From Phoronis australis (lineage: Eukaryota > Animalia > Phoronida): a DNA stretch of 64,000 nucleotides. This document shows, piece by piece, positions 50,501 to 63,693 of this stretch. Below the pieces are notes generated by a model, which was not told where the DNA came from, did no database searches, and saw only the letters and a program-made list of their open reading frames with translations. Made by a program: the position numbers and the translations under genes. Each line of letters opens with the position of its first letter. Position 1 is the first letter of the stretch. The stretch lies in contig NMRA01000330.1 in assembly GCA_002633005.1 (NCBI GenBank), positions 372,001 to 436,000 on the forward strand, read 5' to 3'.

Positions 50501-53500
50501 TAAATGCAAATATTTCATTCATAGCGTCAAGCATTTTAATGCACGATTTTTGCACCTTATTTTAGTTACATTACAATGAAGGGTTTAAAGTAGGTATTGG
50601 TCATTCCTTTTGTATGCGAAAATACCACGTGATACTAACTACCATTAGGCCCCATGAAGTGCAGGTGCCGTGTACCGTACGATTTTTTCCTGGAAGTCGA
50701 CTCAGTGACGTCAACATTCTCAGTCACGACATCTTGGCAAACCAACACATCTCGATATCAGCACAAGTCCCTTTCAGTATCTTGGGTTGCAGTCCAACGA
50801 GATTACCTCATAATTTAAATTTACAAAGAATTTAAGAATCGGGTAGACCTATAAGCATGATGACTCTGCATCCGTTCTCGATGTAATAAAAAGATATCGT
50901 GCAACAGCCATTTCCGGATTTAAAAGTTGTATTGACCTAAGCGGTGATTTTATGGTAACAGAAATGGAGTCGGAGATGTGACCACGTTCCAACAAGTTCC
51001 ACCACGTCGCGTACTGGCCATAACTTTCCTTAAGAAAGCGCCGACTCGACGTGGTCATTTGTAAGCGGCGAGGTTAATTGCGATGTGGTGCTTTTAATTA
51101 TATTAGTCCCAATACCACGAGAGAGTACACTATGAACGAACTGGAATGGAGTCGATGGTGTGAATGAAGCGACGTCGACGGAGTGAAAGCTGTCGACTGG
51201 TCCGTCGACCACTACGTCGACATGATGGACCATAACGTCGCTATTGTGAATTTTGTACCAAATTCATTACTCTAGTGATTGTGCTATGGCGCTTCAGACT
51301 ATGCATTGAGCTAAAAAAATAGTACGAAGTCCAACTCGATGGTACTCAGTTTTAATGTCGTGGTTTTGGGTCACAGCACATTGGCACTTGGTTTGGCATA
51401 TCAGTTTCGACCAAGTTCGCTAACCGTGGACGTACAAGTAAGTAGTCATCACGCGGGTTAGCCATAAAACGCAGCTGACCAATGAGGATTTTTTAAAAAT
51501 TCATTCATACGGTTTTCTGATAGTAGCAGTGCATGTACGTCTCGTGAGAGTATTAAGCACTCGCCAGATGTCGCATCAAAGGTTCATTTCTGGCTCCGCT
51601 TGAGCAAGTTGCCAGCTGCCCGTCTTACAAAACAGCTTACATATAACCTTTGATGAAACAAACGAAAGTATAAATTTCAAAAATAAGAATATATCTTTTT
51701 GTGCTTTCGCCCCATTTGTGAAGAGATACATGCCATCTTGTCTCCTGGAATGCAGGGCCAAAATGAAACCTTCGTTATTTACCCACCAGTCGTTTGGTGT
51801 TGACTTTGCCAATCGGATATTGGATAATAGACAAGTGCACATTAATTTACAGCAGACCCCTTACTGGTTTCCAAATTTAGCAGAAAGGTAGGACAAAATT
51901 GTCAATAATCTCCATCACGTTGCATAGTCATAGTCTCTCATCAAGCAGTACCAGGTTAGCACCGTGACGCCAAAGAAAGTAACGAAAGTCCACCTTGCTT
52001 CTATAGTGCGTGTGCAAATAAATCTTTATTTACTTGGCGATAATTGTTCTATCTTAATTACACGTAACCTCGCTGGAAGATCTCAACTGCAAAATGTTTC
52101 AAAGTTCGAACGCAGCCCTGCCAATGTCATCTCCACAGTTTAAAATTTACAACTGGAGAATTGAACACGTCAAGTCCTGCCACTATGTTGGACAGATAAG
52201 TGCGAACATGAGTTGAGGGCAACTTGATCAGAACATAAACATACCCTTTGACAACCTGTTATGTTCATTAAGACCACAGAACATGTTTTTCTGTGGCTTG
52301 GTCGGTCGATTGTAAAAGACAATTGGAAAGAATGGCTACTTGGCTGCCATGGTTACAGGCTTCGGAAATGGAATATACAGGAAACAAATCTCCGTAAATA
52401 GCAAAATAACTACACAACTGTTGATTTTAACTCTATATTTTTTTAAAAAATGCATGAAGATTACACTTGACTTTTTTGCTATTACTTGGGCCACATGACC
52501 ATGTTATTTAATAAATCTTACAAAAATGTACATTGATAGCAAAGCAACGGTATCAATAACATGACCAAATACTATTTGCTATAAAAGTTCAAGAAGAAAA
52601 CTCAACGACCTGTTGCATAATTGTAAATTATCATTTCGTTCTAGTTTTATGAAACTTTTAAATTTTTCAAGAAAATCATCCATATCCATGCTAAACTTAA
52701 CCATTTTGGAGAACTGTGCTTAAAGCATACATGTAGTATCTTAAACTTTCATAAGAATCTGAACAGCTATTTCTGAGATACGATGTTCCAAAATAAGCCA
52801 AATTTGATAATTATTATAGGGTTATATATCACAGCACCGCAGCTCATATCCCGCAATAAACTGTGACAGTCTGGTAAAACCTTATGAGGACATGATATGA
52901 TATCTGTCGAAACGTTGCTGCAGTGTCTACATTACTTATTTTCGACCATGTAATTTTGCACTTGCGCAAAAACAGAAGGCACAAGCAGGCAGACATTGTT
53001 ATATAATTTTTAAAATCTCCCCTTTCTAAATCCGGTCGTTTCTCCCTTGGTTAGTGTTTCAGACGCTGCGAGTGTGTTGACGCTATAAATTGCTTGCAGG
53101 GCTAACTCAGATGGCAAAAATTGGAAACGGGCCACCGGGCACACTGAAATATGTTGTCTTTGACTGAGTCATTTTGCGGTAGACAATTTTATTTCGGATT
53201 AGTTCGAATGAATTTTTGTTCACACATATGTCGGGAATTGGTTAGAAAATTTCACCATTTAGGTCTCACCATGATCGCATTTTGTGAATGAAAACATCAA
53301 ATCTAGGGCTGGAATATAAATTATTGGATTATTCAATCCGTTCAAAGTCTTTGCTCTGAAAACAATTGTTGGACACTTGAAGAAACATAACAAGACTGGG
53401 GACTGTTGAAAATACATCCGTTAAAACACCTCGTGACCTTGGACGTTTCCCAAAGTTTTCGACATGGGGATTGCAGGGCCTAGAAACAGCTCCAACGTTC

Positions 53501-54134
53501 TATACAGTCTCTCGGCCACGAGAAAGCCTCGAGTTACAACAGGACATTAAACGAGTGTTGTTTTGTATAGCCGTGAGACTTTACAGCCCTCTGCAGGGTT
53601 GCCTAATTTGTAACAGGCACCGCTGTCGTGCAAAACGACCACAAAGGTTTTCGAGCTATGGATAAGAGCTAGCAAGTTATAGATCGCGTGTTTACAGTAC
53701 ATCGCGGGGATTGAATTTTTTCTTCAAGTGGCACACAAAGACAGGAAACTCGAATCGGATTTCACTCTGACCCAATAGTGAAAAAGACAAGGCATTGTTA
53801 TGAAACTTAGATGGGCTTGGCGGCTTGTCTAAAAAACAAAAAAGAAATCATTAGCACTGCGGTATTGGTAGGCGACCGCCATAAATACCTGAAACGTACA
53901 AACGAAAATAATCAAGCAATTGGGTTTGAAATAATTAATAAATGAAAAGGTCGAGCTTATCCCGCCGAGAAAATTACAGGAAATTGTTATTTACCTTTTT
54001 AGGGAAAATCTTTTACAATTTCGTCTTACACTGAGTGAAGGGGCACAATTAAGTACAACATGACTTACCTGTATGCAAAATCCAATAAATGAGAGTAGTA
54101 CAACTTTCAAACCCAGCGTCTCTGTGTTCGCCAT
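38508..54134 (-). CDS. Secreted astacin-family (M12A) zinc metalloendopeptidase with EGF-like domain and 25 ShKT domains, ~1540 aa, 19 coding exons
   Basis: Exons: 54069-54134, 50370-50493, 49794-49905, 49434-49528, 48777-48970, 48205-48408, 47558-47693, 47065-47184, 46559-46708, 46205-46333, 45499-45759, 44437-44697, 44002-44169, 41748-43548, 40858-41078, 40194-40325, 39492-39695, 38988-39101, 38508-38638. All GT-AG with consistent phases, 4623 nt. Signal peptide MANTETLGLKVVLLSFIGFCIQILPIES, prodomain AEFDMVL (Asp-switch-like), RLRR activation site, HEIGHALGLVHE zinc motif, SVMHY Met-turn, 4 catalytic-domain Cys. The 5' exons are less certain than the rest. Confidence 0.9.
38793..38868. repeat. 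76-nt hairpin (27-bp stem) in last intron of the astacin gene
   Basis: ggaattccgcattttgagaaccagttt - 22 nt loop - aaactggttctcaaaattcgggattcc. Confidence 0.75.
41748..43548 (-). CDS. 1801-nt exon encoding 13 tandem ShKT domains with Gly/Asp/Asn linkers
   Basis: Repeats of C-x-N-x5/6-C-xx-WA-xx-GEC-xx-NP-x-WM-xx-NC-xx-SC-G-C. Corresponds to ORF 41744-43465 extended to the acceptor at 43549-43550. Confidence 0.95.
47065..47184 (-). CDS. EGF-like exon following the astacin domain
   Basis: HCPKNIRCNNGGIVDKNCRCLCKDGTDSCQ: six Cys with the C.NGG and C.C pattern seen after astacin domains. Confidence 0.75.
48205..48408 (-). CDS. Astacin catalytic exon (zinc-binding motif and Met-turn)
   Basis: KGLYLHEIGHALGLVHEHQLPQRDDYITIQLDNVKPEWRQWFDKYPDKQIDSRDVEYELSSVMHYGIT. 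Confidence 0.95.
50187..50353. repeat. Two-copy ~87-bp local duplication in astacin intron 2
   Basis: aattaaactcac(g/a)tagaaatctt...aaacgtttt...gatgacg(t/c)atgat at 50187 and 50274. Confidence 0.75.
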
Positions 54135-54921
54135 TATATATAAGTATTATAAATAGAATAAAATAAAACAACAATAAATCTCGATTCAACTCCGATTATG
54201 CCAGCTGCCTGCAGCCGTTTGTCGACGTTTAACTATAAATAATATATCTTCTATATCTTCCACCCTCCTCAGTCAAAACTTTTCAAACTATCTCGTATTG
54301 TCCATCCACATGTCTTTTATAGTTCTGCGGGACAAACACGATAACTTCCTACTGACTCAGAAGTTGCAGCTCTGCTTGGGCCGGATGTTGTTGGCCGGTG
54401 ACTCTGAACTTCTGGGTCAATTGACGTCACGCATAAAGCTCCGCCTCTGTTTTCAGCCGCGATTGAGCTTTTCAAGGAATATCCTTTACGACGCACTGGG
54501 TCATATTCCAGTGCAGATAATATTTGATTTATTAACAATTGACGTTCCGTTTCCGATTTTTATTATAGGTGCGCGCTTTGTTTGTCTAGTCATCCGTGAG
54601 TACGACTATTTTAACAATAGGCTTACTGAACATGTTGTTGCCCATAAAAAGGCAAAGTTGTTATGCCCATAGCTGCGGTAATGCGGTACATACTATGACA
54701 CTGTTTTCACGCAATTTCAACGAATCGGCGTAACAACATTTTTCATAGTGGGTCTGAATATACGTCGACCTAAGATATTGTGTTAAGTACAAATATATAG
54801 ACTTCATAAAAATAGCGTACAATGACATGGAACGGTGAGACTGAATTGGCCTCCAGAAAAGTCTGACCCAATCCCAAACCCTCCGATAGCCACCAAATTT
54901 ACAGCTCATCATATTGACAAC

Positions 54922-55062
54922 CATAGGGGCGGATCCAGGATTTTTCTAAAAAGGGGGTCCAAGTCAACATTTTGAAAATTGTATATTTGATAAAACTAAA
55001 ATCAAGAGGAAAAAAGGGGAGGCGGGGTCCGGACGCCCTTGACCCTCCTTGATGCGCCTATG
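54922..55062 (+). mobile_element. Short MITE, GGCGGATCC-terminus family
   Basis: cataggggcggatccaggatt ... ttgatgcgcctatg inverted termini. Confidence 0.6.
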
Positions 55063-55834
55063 AACCATCATACTTCTTCCCCGCTCATCAATAATTTCAT
55101 TGCTTCCCACTCGTCTCCATCTTTCCCAGTGTTACTCCGTCGATGTATTACTACCCGAATCTGTACAAACCATTAATGACAGTGCAGCAAATGTAAATCA
55201 ATGATTATCGAGAGAGGTGAGACGTTTTGTTATGCGCATTTCGGGTTGAACACTGTCATGCATCTACAATTCTAAAAGTTTACAGTGATTATCAGAAAAT
55301 CATTTAGTGTCCGAAAATACTTTATTTTTTGTCGGTTTTCTGTAATTGCCATCATTGACCGTACTGTGGTAACTCAACCGGTAGTCGTTGAACAAGATTT
55401 CAAAAGCGGAAATAGAACGTTGCTGCGTGTATTACAAACGTCACCGCTTGGTTTTGATGTGAAGTTACTCATCAGATTTTATCTGTCAGAGTTTTGTTGA
55501 TGGGTAAGATTAAATTGAAACTGTATGCATATTGTACGTAGACTTCAAGATGTTGAACATGAAAACGTTATACCTCACTATAAAACCGTGATTATTGGGT
55601 CAAAAAGCATAATTAATTTTATTTTTTTTTTAAATGGAGTAGTGTTGGTTACTAAAAATACTGAAATGAGCAAAGGAGATGCGTGTTTTCTCATTTTTTG
55701 TTTGACTCAGTCAAACCAGTTTTCAGTACTCCTGTATAAACTCGCGGCAGTGACACTAAAAGGTGGAATACTGAGTGCCGGGGAGGAGGATGGGTGTTAC
55801 TCGAGGGAGGTGGTGCATCATTCAGCATAGGTGG

Positions 55835-56139
55835 CAGGGGCGGATTCAGGATTTTGAGTTGGGTGGGGCAGGGCTCAGGAATAACCAGAATTTCGCCACA
55901 TGTGCGCACCCAGCCTAATGTAGGGAAGTAGGAGGTCTTGAACTTTTGGGTTTGTGAATCTTATTACTAAAAAAACGGGTAAACGGGGGTTGTTCAAGGG
56001 TATTCATTGTGCATTCGCTCCCTGAGCCCCCCCCCCTAGGTACCAGTCAGCAATTCGCACCTCGAACTGCCAAATAAAATCTGGGAGAATTTTAGGTGGC
56101 CATGGCCCCCTTGCCCCCCCTCCCCTAAATCCGCCACTG
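55835..56139 (+). mobile_element. MITE, GGCGGATCC-terminus family
   Basis: caggggcggattcaggattttgag ... cccctaaatccgccactg. Both ends are shared with 24465-24614. Confidence 0.65.
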
Positions 56140-59100
56140 GGTAGTTACGCTTAGTAAGCCACGACCTTTAAAATCTTGTATGGCTTTTTAACGGTTCGGA
56201 ACTTTAGCCGATATTGATGTTGCCGTTTTTTAAGTAGCTGTAGTCAGGCGCAAGCTTCAAAATGAGTCGGTGTAGGGGCCTACAGACCAGAACCATGCGA
56301 TTATGCTCTTCAGTTGGCCTTGCTGCCCGGCGTTACTGCACAGAATCATCGGCGGTTTTCGTGTCACGAACTAATTAGGTTAATCAAAGGCCAACGGTAA
56401 AAGAAACAAGCACATGCTTATTGAGGCAAGCTAGTGAACACCGATGTGGCCCTGGCTTTGGCCTTAGGGGTCCGTGTCAATGGCAAATAAAAGACGCAGG
56501 AAAAATAGACGATTTCTATTTTTTAAATCCAATAAACAACTGATAGTATAAGTCACGACACTAAATTTCACTTCCGATTTTTAATCATTATTTGTGATAT
56601 TGTGGTACTGCGTGAACTTCGCTTTCGTAAATAGCTGGATCCGCTTTTGTTATGGTTTTATTTTCTTCAAATCCGGCACCTCAAACATAGTTCCAGGCTC
56701 CAACTTTTAGTTCATTCAAACTCTGCGACACTGCAACATGAAACCTGAACCTGCAGTGCACAGGTCACATAATTGACGCAGCCAAACCTCGAGTCGCTGG
56801 CGGACCGATTTTCTATCGAATAGTAAGCAGTAAAGTTCATTATGACGTCATTGACAACAATTTTGATTGACGGGTAGTGGAAACGATTTGGTTCTTTCAC
56901 AAGACTAGAAACTGTGGTTGTGGCGGACGGACAATCTTGGGGCAAGTGCCACAGCACAGCTGACCAATTTGTGACAGTGCCAAGAACAGTGTATAAATGA
57001 AACTATGAACCTAGGATTATAGCAAGCGCCTGCGTTCGACAGTGAGAGTATGAGACCACTGCATTTATGTGCACGCTGTTCGAGGTGAATTTCCATGTTC
57101 CGGTTTCAAGAAACTGAAATCGTAATTTTCAAAAACGTACTATATTCCGGTTTCTAATTTTTGTGAACCTTGAATCTCAAATAAATATACACGGACCATC
57201 TTCATATATTTAGGACGACTTATAAAAAAATTGATTGGCACTCTTTTTAATATCTATTCGTCAACACGTACCGGTACACGTATACATTGCCAAAGAATGC
57301 GATATGAAAACACGTGTATTTATGTTAAAATGTAAACAGTTCAGAATTTGAAGCATAAGGGCGGCACGCGACTCCATGGCGTACTGAAATTGTATCAGTG
57401 TGTTTTTGTTTTGTTATTGTTTATTTGTAGTTTGAAAACACGAAAGAACGCAGTGACGTATGCCCCACGGCTAAATTATTTGAAATGTTCGGGTTATGAC
57501 ATCCTATCCGCAGATGTTAGAGAGTAGCGCTGCGTCTCTTGTGAACAGGAGAGTAAATGAACGAACAAATGTATTTCATGAGGACAGATACAACAAACAA
57601 GAGTCTTAAAAATGCTCCTTTTACCTAACACACTTGGGTTTATTAGTTACCGTTAAAATGTACACAGGTATACTGCTTGAAAAGCAATGGGACAAAATGT
57701 CGTCATGACACCTAATTCTGTTTTCAGCGAAGGATACATGTACAAGGCCGAAAAGAACCGTTGTATGTTTTTAGCATTACTTCTTCTCTTGAAAAAATGA
57801 TCAGATATCAAGAAAAGTGATGCGTTTCTCATCTTATCAAACAAGCTTTGGTGGTGGAGTGAAGTAATGATTGCCTGTACTGGTGTTGTCGGTTGTCATT
57901 GTCGAGGGCGGGGGGAGGAGTGCATGCCAAGCAGCAGACGTTGTTCAGTTTGCATGCGTTTGCGAGAGAACTTAGTTGGCTAAAATGGAAGAGGAAGGGC
58001 GGTTTTCTCTTAAAGCGGCGAAGCCCAAGTTTGAAAACAAGTCGGGGTACAGACCAGGGCCAACTATGCATAATAACGCGCCACAAGTCGTTATTCCCGC
58101 TACATTATAACCTTTCCACCTACATGTAGTTTGTTTTAACACTTTAAAACGCTACATTCAATGTCCTGTATGTTTGGGGTGTGTTCCACAGACCAAAGAA
58201 AATCGCAAACAACGTGAGATAACGCACGATTTCTCAAGATATCGCCATACATTACAAGTGAAGTACGTGAACACACTAGCTTTTCTCGCGAGTTTCTTGG
58301 CTCTACCGAACGGCACTCAGGCCACGACGAACGGCTAATAGTATAGTGGTAAATTCCACTTCTGCTCAGACATCGTGGTGGAGAATTGCGGGTCATCTGG
58401 GTTGTCACCAGGGGGCCCTGGTGGGCAATGAACTCGAAACTTTGAGTAACTTCTTTCCTTTCAAGCTCAGAGATAGCGAGTAGTAAGTAAAACTGTAACT
58501 ACATGTAGTAACGTTAATTCGCGCTGTAAGACCCACGCTCAAATAGATAAATATTTCATTTTATTTTATTTAAGTGACAACTACCACAATATATCATTCG
58601 TGTACACAATTTTAAATAGAGGACCCCAACCACGTGTGGGTTTACAAGTCACTAATTGATAAAAAATAAACATTGATTACAAAATTCCACAACACCCGAA
58701 AAATTTAACAGGAATAATTTACTGTCCTTATTCAAATACGGTTATGTTCGGGGGATAAAGCAAAATAGCACAAATCCGTTCTGGTCTGCGGCGCGACTTA
58801 TTTTCAAAAAGCACCCCCCCGTATCCGCCCGAAACTCGCCCGTCAACACCTGCAACGGCAATCACATAATCACATCACTGAAGCTGATATGAGATATGAA
58901 GAACGGCACCACTTTTGTTAACTTTGTGGAAAACTAAACAAGTAAATATACTATATCACTTTAACAATTTCCAAAACACAGACCAGAACCAACTACGCTT
59001 TTCTGCCTAATGTGCTGTAAATTGGGCATTTGTGAAAAGTTGTACTTAGAAATCAAAAAAAAACAAAAAAACCCAGTCCTGTTCTCCAACCTCGTCATTA

Positions 59101-61977
59101 CACAAAATACGCGTCTTTCTGTTGGGACAAAAACGCTACAGACCGACTCAAACTGCACCTCATTGCTTGAAAAGAAAAAGCCCTCGCAGGTGTTATTTTT
59201 GGCAAATTTCTCGGTGTCCGTTTTCAAAAACCACAAAGAAGAGTGGAAGCTTTATTTCAAACGAAGTGACCCGACAACTTAGCTACAGCCACACCCTTGT
59301 TTCGTAATTCTGCAAGAGCGCCGTTTTGGTGTATTTTAAACAACTTTGATACCAAAATGAATGCGTCAGCATGTAAACTATACCTTACTAGGCAGGCAAC
59401 AAGCAATCAGAGTCTACATACATGGGCGGTGCAGCCCACGTCCTGGGTCAGACTCTTCATTTTTCATACATACATGTATGATGACCTAATTATATTGACT
59501 TTTGAACTTACTAATTAGAGAACCTAATGCTCGTTCTCCTGATTCTGCAACCACTTTTGATTTGATTTCTTATCATATTCAAGAACCTCATTGAGACAAA
59601 TCACTAAACACGTATGACTATTTTTTTAAATCAAGAACGCCACCATCTAAACGAGGTTCCATGATTACTTCTTTACTTTTGGTTCAGAGGTTTGAGCTAA
59701 GTTCGACATAGCCTTTAAAGTTGACTTGAAGTTTAACTCTTTATCTTTGTGATTGCTCGGCAAAATTGCTGAGTTTGAAACACAACATATTATTGTGAAT
59801 ATGAAGTAGGTTGAAAATTGCCAAATGTTTTTAAGAATAGGTTTTGTGGCGAAAATGATCCATCGCAAGTCACTGGATCGTGTCCGCTACGTATAGTGAC
59901 GTAGTGCTGGGAAGTAACACTACATGATAAGCAGTGTAAAGGTCACTTTTTGCAGATTTTTGTTTTCACATATACAAGTTGTCAATGAATACAACTACAC
60001 TTTGTTTAGCCAAGGTTATGTTCCTGCTATATATTGGCGTAGTTAGGAGCATGCAAATACGTCTTTAAGAGGGGATACTCAAGGTACACTAATAGTTCAC
60101 AATCTTTAGGTTAAAGTAACAAAATCATCAGGATGATCTAAAACATGGATAACCAAACCACCAAGGTTTCGCATTACGGGCGCGTGCGCCTATAGGCGCC
60201 TACGCCTATCCGTGTTGATCGGTAGGCGCAGCTTCGCAGGCGCATGTACCTAAACGCAAACAACTCTAGGGGCTCGTTTCCTTTGTACATTTAGATAAAA
60301 AAGTGAGTTTCCTAGGCCGTAAAATGACGTCATTTAATTATGTTCAACCCTGTAAGAATGCACAGCCTTGATGTCAGAAAGTTTCTTGTTGACCTCTAAG
60401 GTTATCAAAAAAATTTCGAGTTAAAAATTAAGCATTATGATAAATTTCATTTTGCTTTGGGAAAACTAACTTCTGGTGAAATGTATAGAAAACACTTCGT
60501 CTAATTTGGTTTGTGCCAAAATACGCCTTTTTGGATATTGATCTTTATTTTTGTAGGAGTTTGTCTGCAGCAAACGATTTTTATCCTGAAAGCTAATGCG
60601 AGTGTGAGAAGGTGAAGTACCCAGAATGCATCTTGCAGAGAGGCGAAAGGGCAAACCAATCGTCGACAATGTGGACAAAGAAAATAAAAAATAATAATAA
60701 ATAACCCAAAAGCGACGCCCGAATCCGGAAATCATGTAATGAGAAAACTTCAATATTGACAAAATCAATTTTGAAAAGTGTTTTGTTCTTCATATTGACG
60801 TTGACGATTATGCCGTTACTTATGTGCTGTTATATTTCTTTGATAATTTACGGTATCTTGTTCATCTTTGCCCATTGTTATTTGTTCTGTATTGTTGTTT
60901 TATCACAATGGAACTCCTGCCACTGATAACACGTGATCACTCTGACTTTGAAAGTTTAAATGGCGCTTCATGCTGTTTTTGGCATGGTTTCAGGAAACAA
61001 CAAAAGCACATTCCTCTAAACCCGTGTTTTCGTTACTAAGAATTTTTGTTCCTTGTTTTATACAGGAAGTACGCAAGAACCCAAGTGTTCTGTGGAGCAA
61101 CGAAAGCTTAAACGACCACATCCTAAATCGTTGGGTGCAACAAACTTGTCCTGCACGAGACATATCGTTTTCGTACATGTGGTCGTTTACAGACCATTTA
61201 AGATAACCAACAATTAAAAACTGACAAAGTAATTACCGCATTACATACGTTGAAAAATGTATCATGACGCAGAGGATATAGAACAACTAAGCCAGATTGA
61301 CAAAGTTGATTTTGACGTCGCCACAACTGATTGACAGGGCCCATTGTTAAAAACTGAAATAATCTCAAATCCATTTTGCACGAGAAACACGAGTACATGG
61401 AACCTGTCACTCGGGCAGGTAACGTGTCCACGGACAGATTCCCTACGAAATGGGGGTGCCTTTTCCAAATGAATTCCCTACGAAAGGGTTCATTTTTTTA
61501 GGTTTGACGAACTTCACAAAACGGTCCTTTTTCCAACAAGAGTCTCCGAAAGGATTTCTCATTTAATTGTTTCTACGTTAAAAAGTTCAAATGCCTTTTT
61601 AGTCAATCTTAATTCAATAAATAAGAATCTCGTAAGGCTTAAAACTCCTGCAAAAAAGGTCAAAACCATCTACAAAAGGGTGGCATTATTGAAGCTCCCA
61701 ACCAATGGGGATCTTGCATTTGTTCTTACTTTCTCAAAGCGTAGGGATTCATCTTGACGACGTGTATATCTTAATGTATTAATGGCGCATCCTGTCAAAA
61801 TGTAGTCGACATCCCACGGGGTGGAAAAAAATCTTGTGTCATTTTTCTCTCTTATCTGATGACCACAAGTGAAGTGATGTGTGCAACGGGGCATTTTTCA
61901 AAATTAAGTTTGACAATCGAAATGCTTTGCAGTTGATATATAAATGCGCATTCGCTTAATACTATGAGATTAGTAGA

Positions 61978-63107
61978 ATCAAAATTCTTGAAGCTATTAA
62001 AATATTACGGTTTTGATAACTACGACTATTCATATAAACGTCACAGTCCGACGTCTATGGTCACAGTAATGAGCTAGACAAGGATATCTATATAAGCTTG
62101 ACTCAACCAAATCGCTTTCCCCGAGTTTAGTTCCGTAGACGTAAAAATTTCGCTAAGGAAGCTAGCGCGATCACGGGCTGTGCTTGTAATACTTGGCAAT
62201 ATTTCGCTTAGTCTTGCTTGATCTTCCATTTTTGAGAGATTTCCGGGTCTACGGATGAGACGTCTAGCTCTGACACCCTGTGTGCTGGTGGGATCGGTTT
62301 GACGAAGCCTAAATACTAAGAATTTATTAGGAATGGCTTCGTGGTCACGGTGGCGACAATGTTCAGCGTGTTGTTTGCAGTTTTCCAGAAATACGCATTG
62401 ATGTCAGTTTATATTTATTTCATTTCACCGTGGGTGAACCAAAAATAGATTGATAAAATTAGCTTTTTATGGGATATTTCGTAAGTCAAAACTGCCTTTC
62501 TTATACTTAAACTTTTAAATTTCTAACTAAAACCTTGTTGTNATCAAAATTCTTGAAGCTATTAAAATATTACGGTTTTTGATAACTACGACTGGTCATG
62601 TAAACGTCACAGTCCGACGTCTATAGTCACAGTAATGAGCTAGACAAGGATATCTATATAAGCTTGACTCAACCAAATCGCTTTCCCCGAGTTTAGTTCC
62701 GTAGACGTAAAAATTTCGCTAAGGAAGCTAGTGCGATCACGGGCTGTGCTTGTAATACTTGGCAATATTTCGCTTAGTCTTGCTTGATCTTCCATTTTTG
62801 AGAGATTTCCGGGTCTACGGATGAGACGTCTAGCTCTGACACCCTGTGTGCTGGTGGGATCGGTTTGACGAAGCCTAAATACTAAGAATTTATTAGGAAT
62901 GGCTTCGTGGTCACGGTGGCGACAATGTTCAGCGTGTTGTTTGCAGTTTTCCAGAAATACGCATTGATGTCAGTTTATATTTATTTCATTTCACCGTGGG
63001 TGAACCAAAAATAGATTGATAAAATTAGCTTTTTATGGGATATTTCGTAAGTCAAAACTGCCTTTCTTATACTTAAACTTTTAAATTTCTAACTAAAACC
63101 TTGTTGT
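61978..63107. repeat. ~565-bp direct duplication (61978-62541 / 62543-63107) joined by a single N
   Basis: Near-identical copies with a few SNPs and indels. The junction is exactly the N at 62542. Confidence 0.9.
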
Positions 63108-63474
63108 TTCATTACTTCGTTTTTTCGAAAATACGCTCATGCTTGTACTTCCGTCTGGAACAACTTGTTGATGTAATTGATAAAATATGCCGTTTTAATG
63201 TTAAACAGTTGTCAGCAACGTTTTAAAAAATGAGGAGGACCGGTCACCACTACTAAAATATTCTTACTGGCATTTCTAAACAGCTTACAACAGCCCTTTT
63301 AAAATTTTATTATTATTTGACAAGTGCGCATTAAATAATCTTATAAATATCAACTCTAGACGCTAATCGTTCAATGCTATAACAGACGTGATTGGCCAAT
63401 ACAACGCTTTTACCACGGACAGCAGACAACGTAGCAAGAGGTGAGCCTTCAGACGGGACCCGACTATTAACACA

Positions 63475-63693
63475 CACCACAAGAACTCGAAGCACTAGAA
63501 TAAGTCTTACCACGCACCACAAGAACTCTTACCGCGCAAAAAGACCCCTTACCACTCACATTTTGTATGCAAAACCATAAGTTCGCCTGTGTGTAGTTGT
63601 ATTTCAGTTTCCGTGGTAGGAGGAGTTTGTGTGCGGTTATAGTTCTTGCTGTACGTGGTAAGTGTTTCTTGGAGAGTGTTACGAGTTCCGTTG
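63475..63693. mobile_element. Degenerate foldback element with internally repetitive arms
   Basis: caccacaagaactc...cttaccacgcaccacaagaactcttaccgcgc...cttaccac (63475-63553) vs gtggtagg...gcggttatagttcttg...cgtggtaag...cgagttcc (63613-63693). Confidence 0.5.

Noticed and set aside
50660-50850. Extra astacin exon after the acceptor-like site at 50849-50850
   Set aside because: All frames hit stops or give a short implausible peptide, and exon 54069-54134 joins 50370-50493 in frame to give a coherent signal peptide.
51040-51240. Cluster of GTCGAC/GACGTC palindromic hexamers
   Set aside because: Probably a decayed repeat fragment. No consistent unit, termini or coding signal could be defined.
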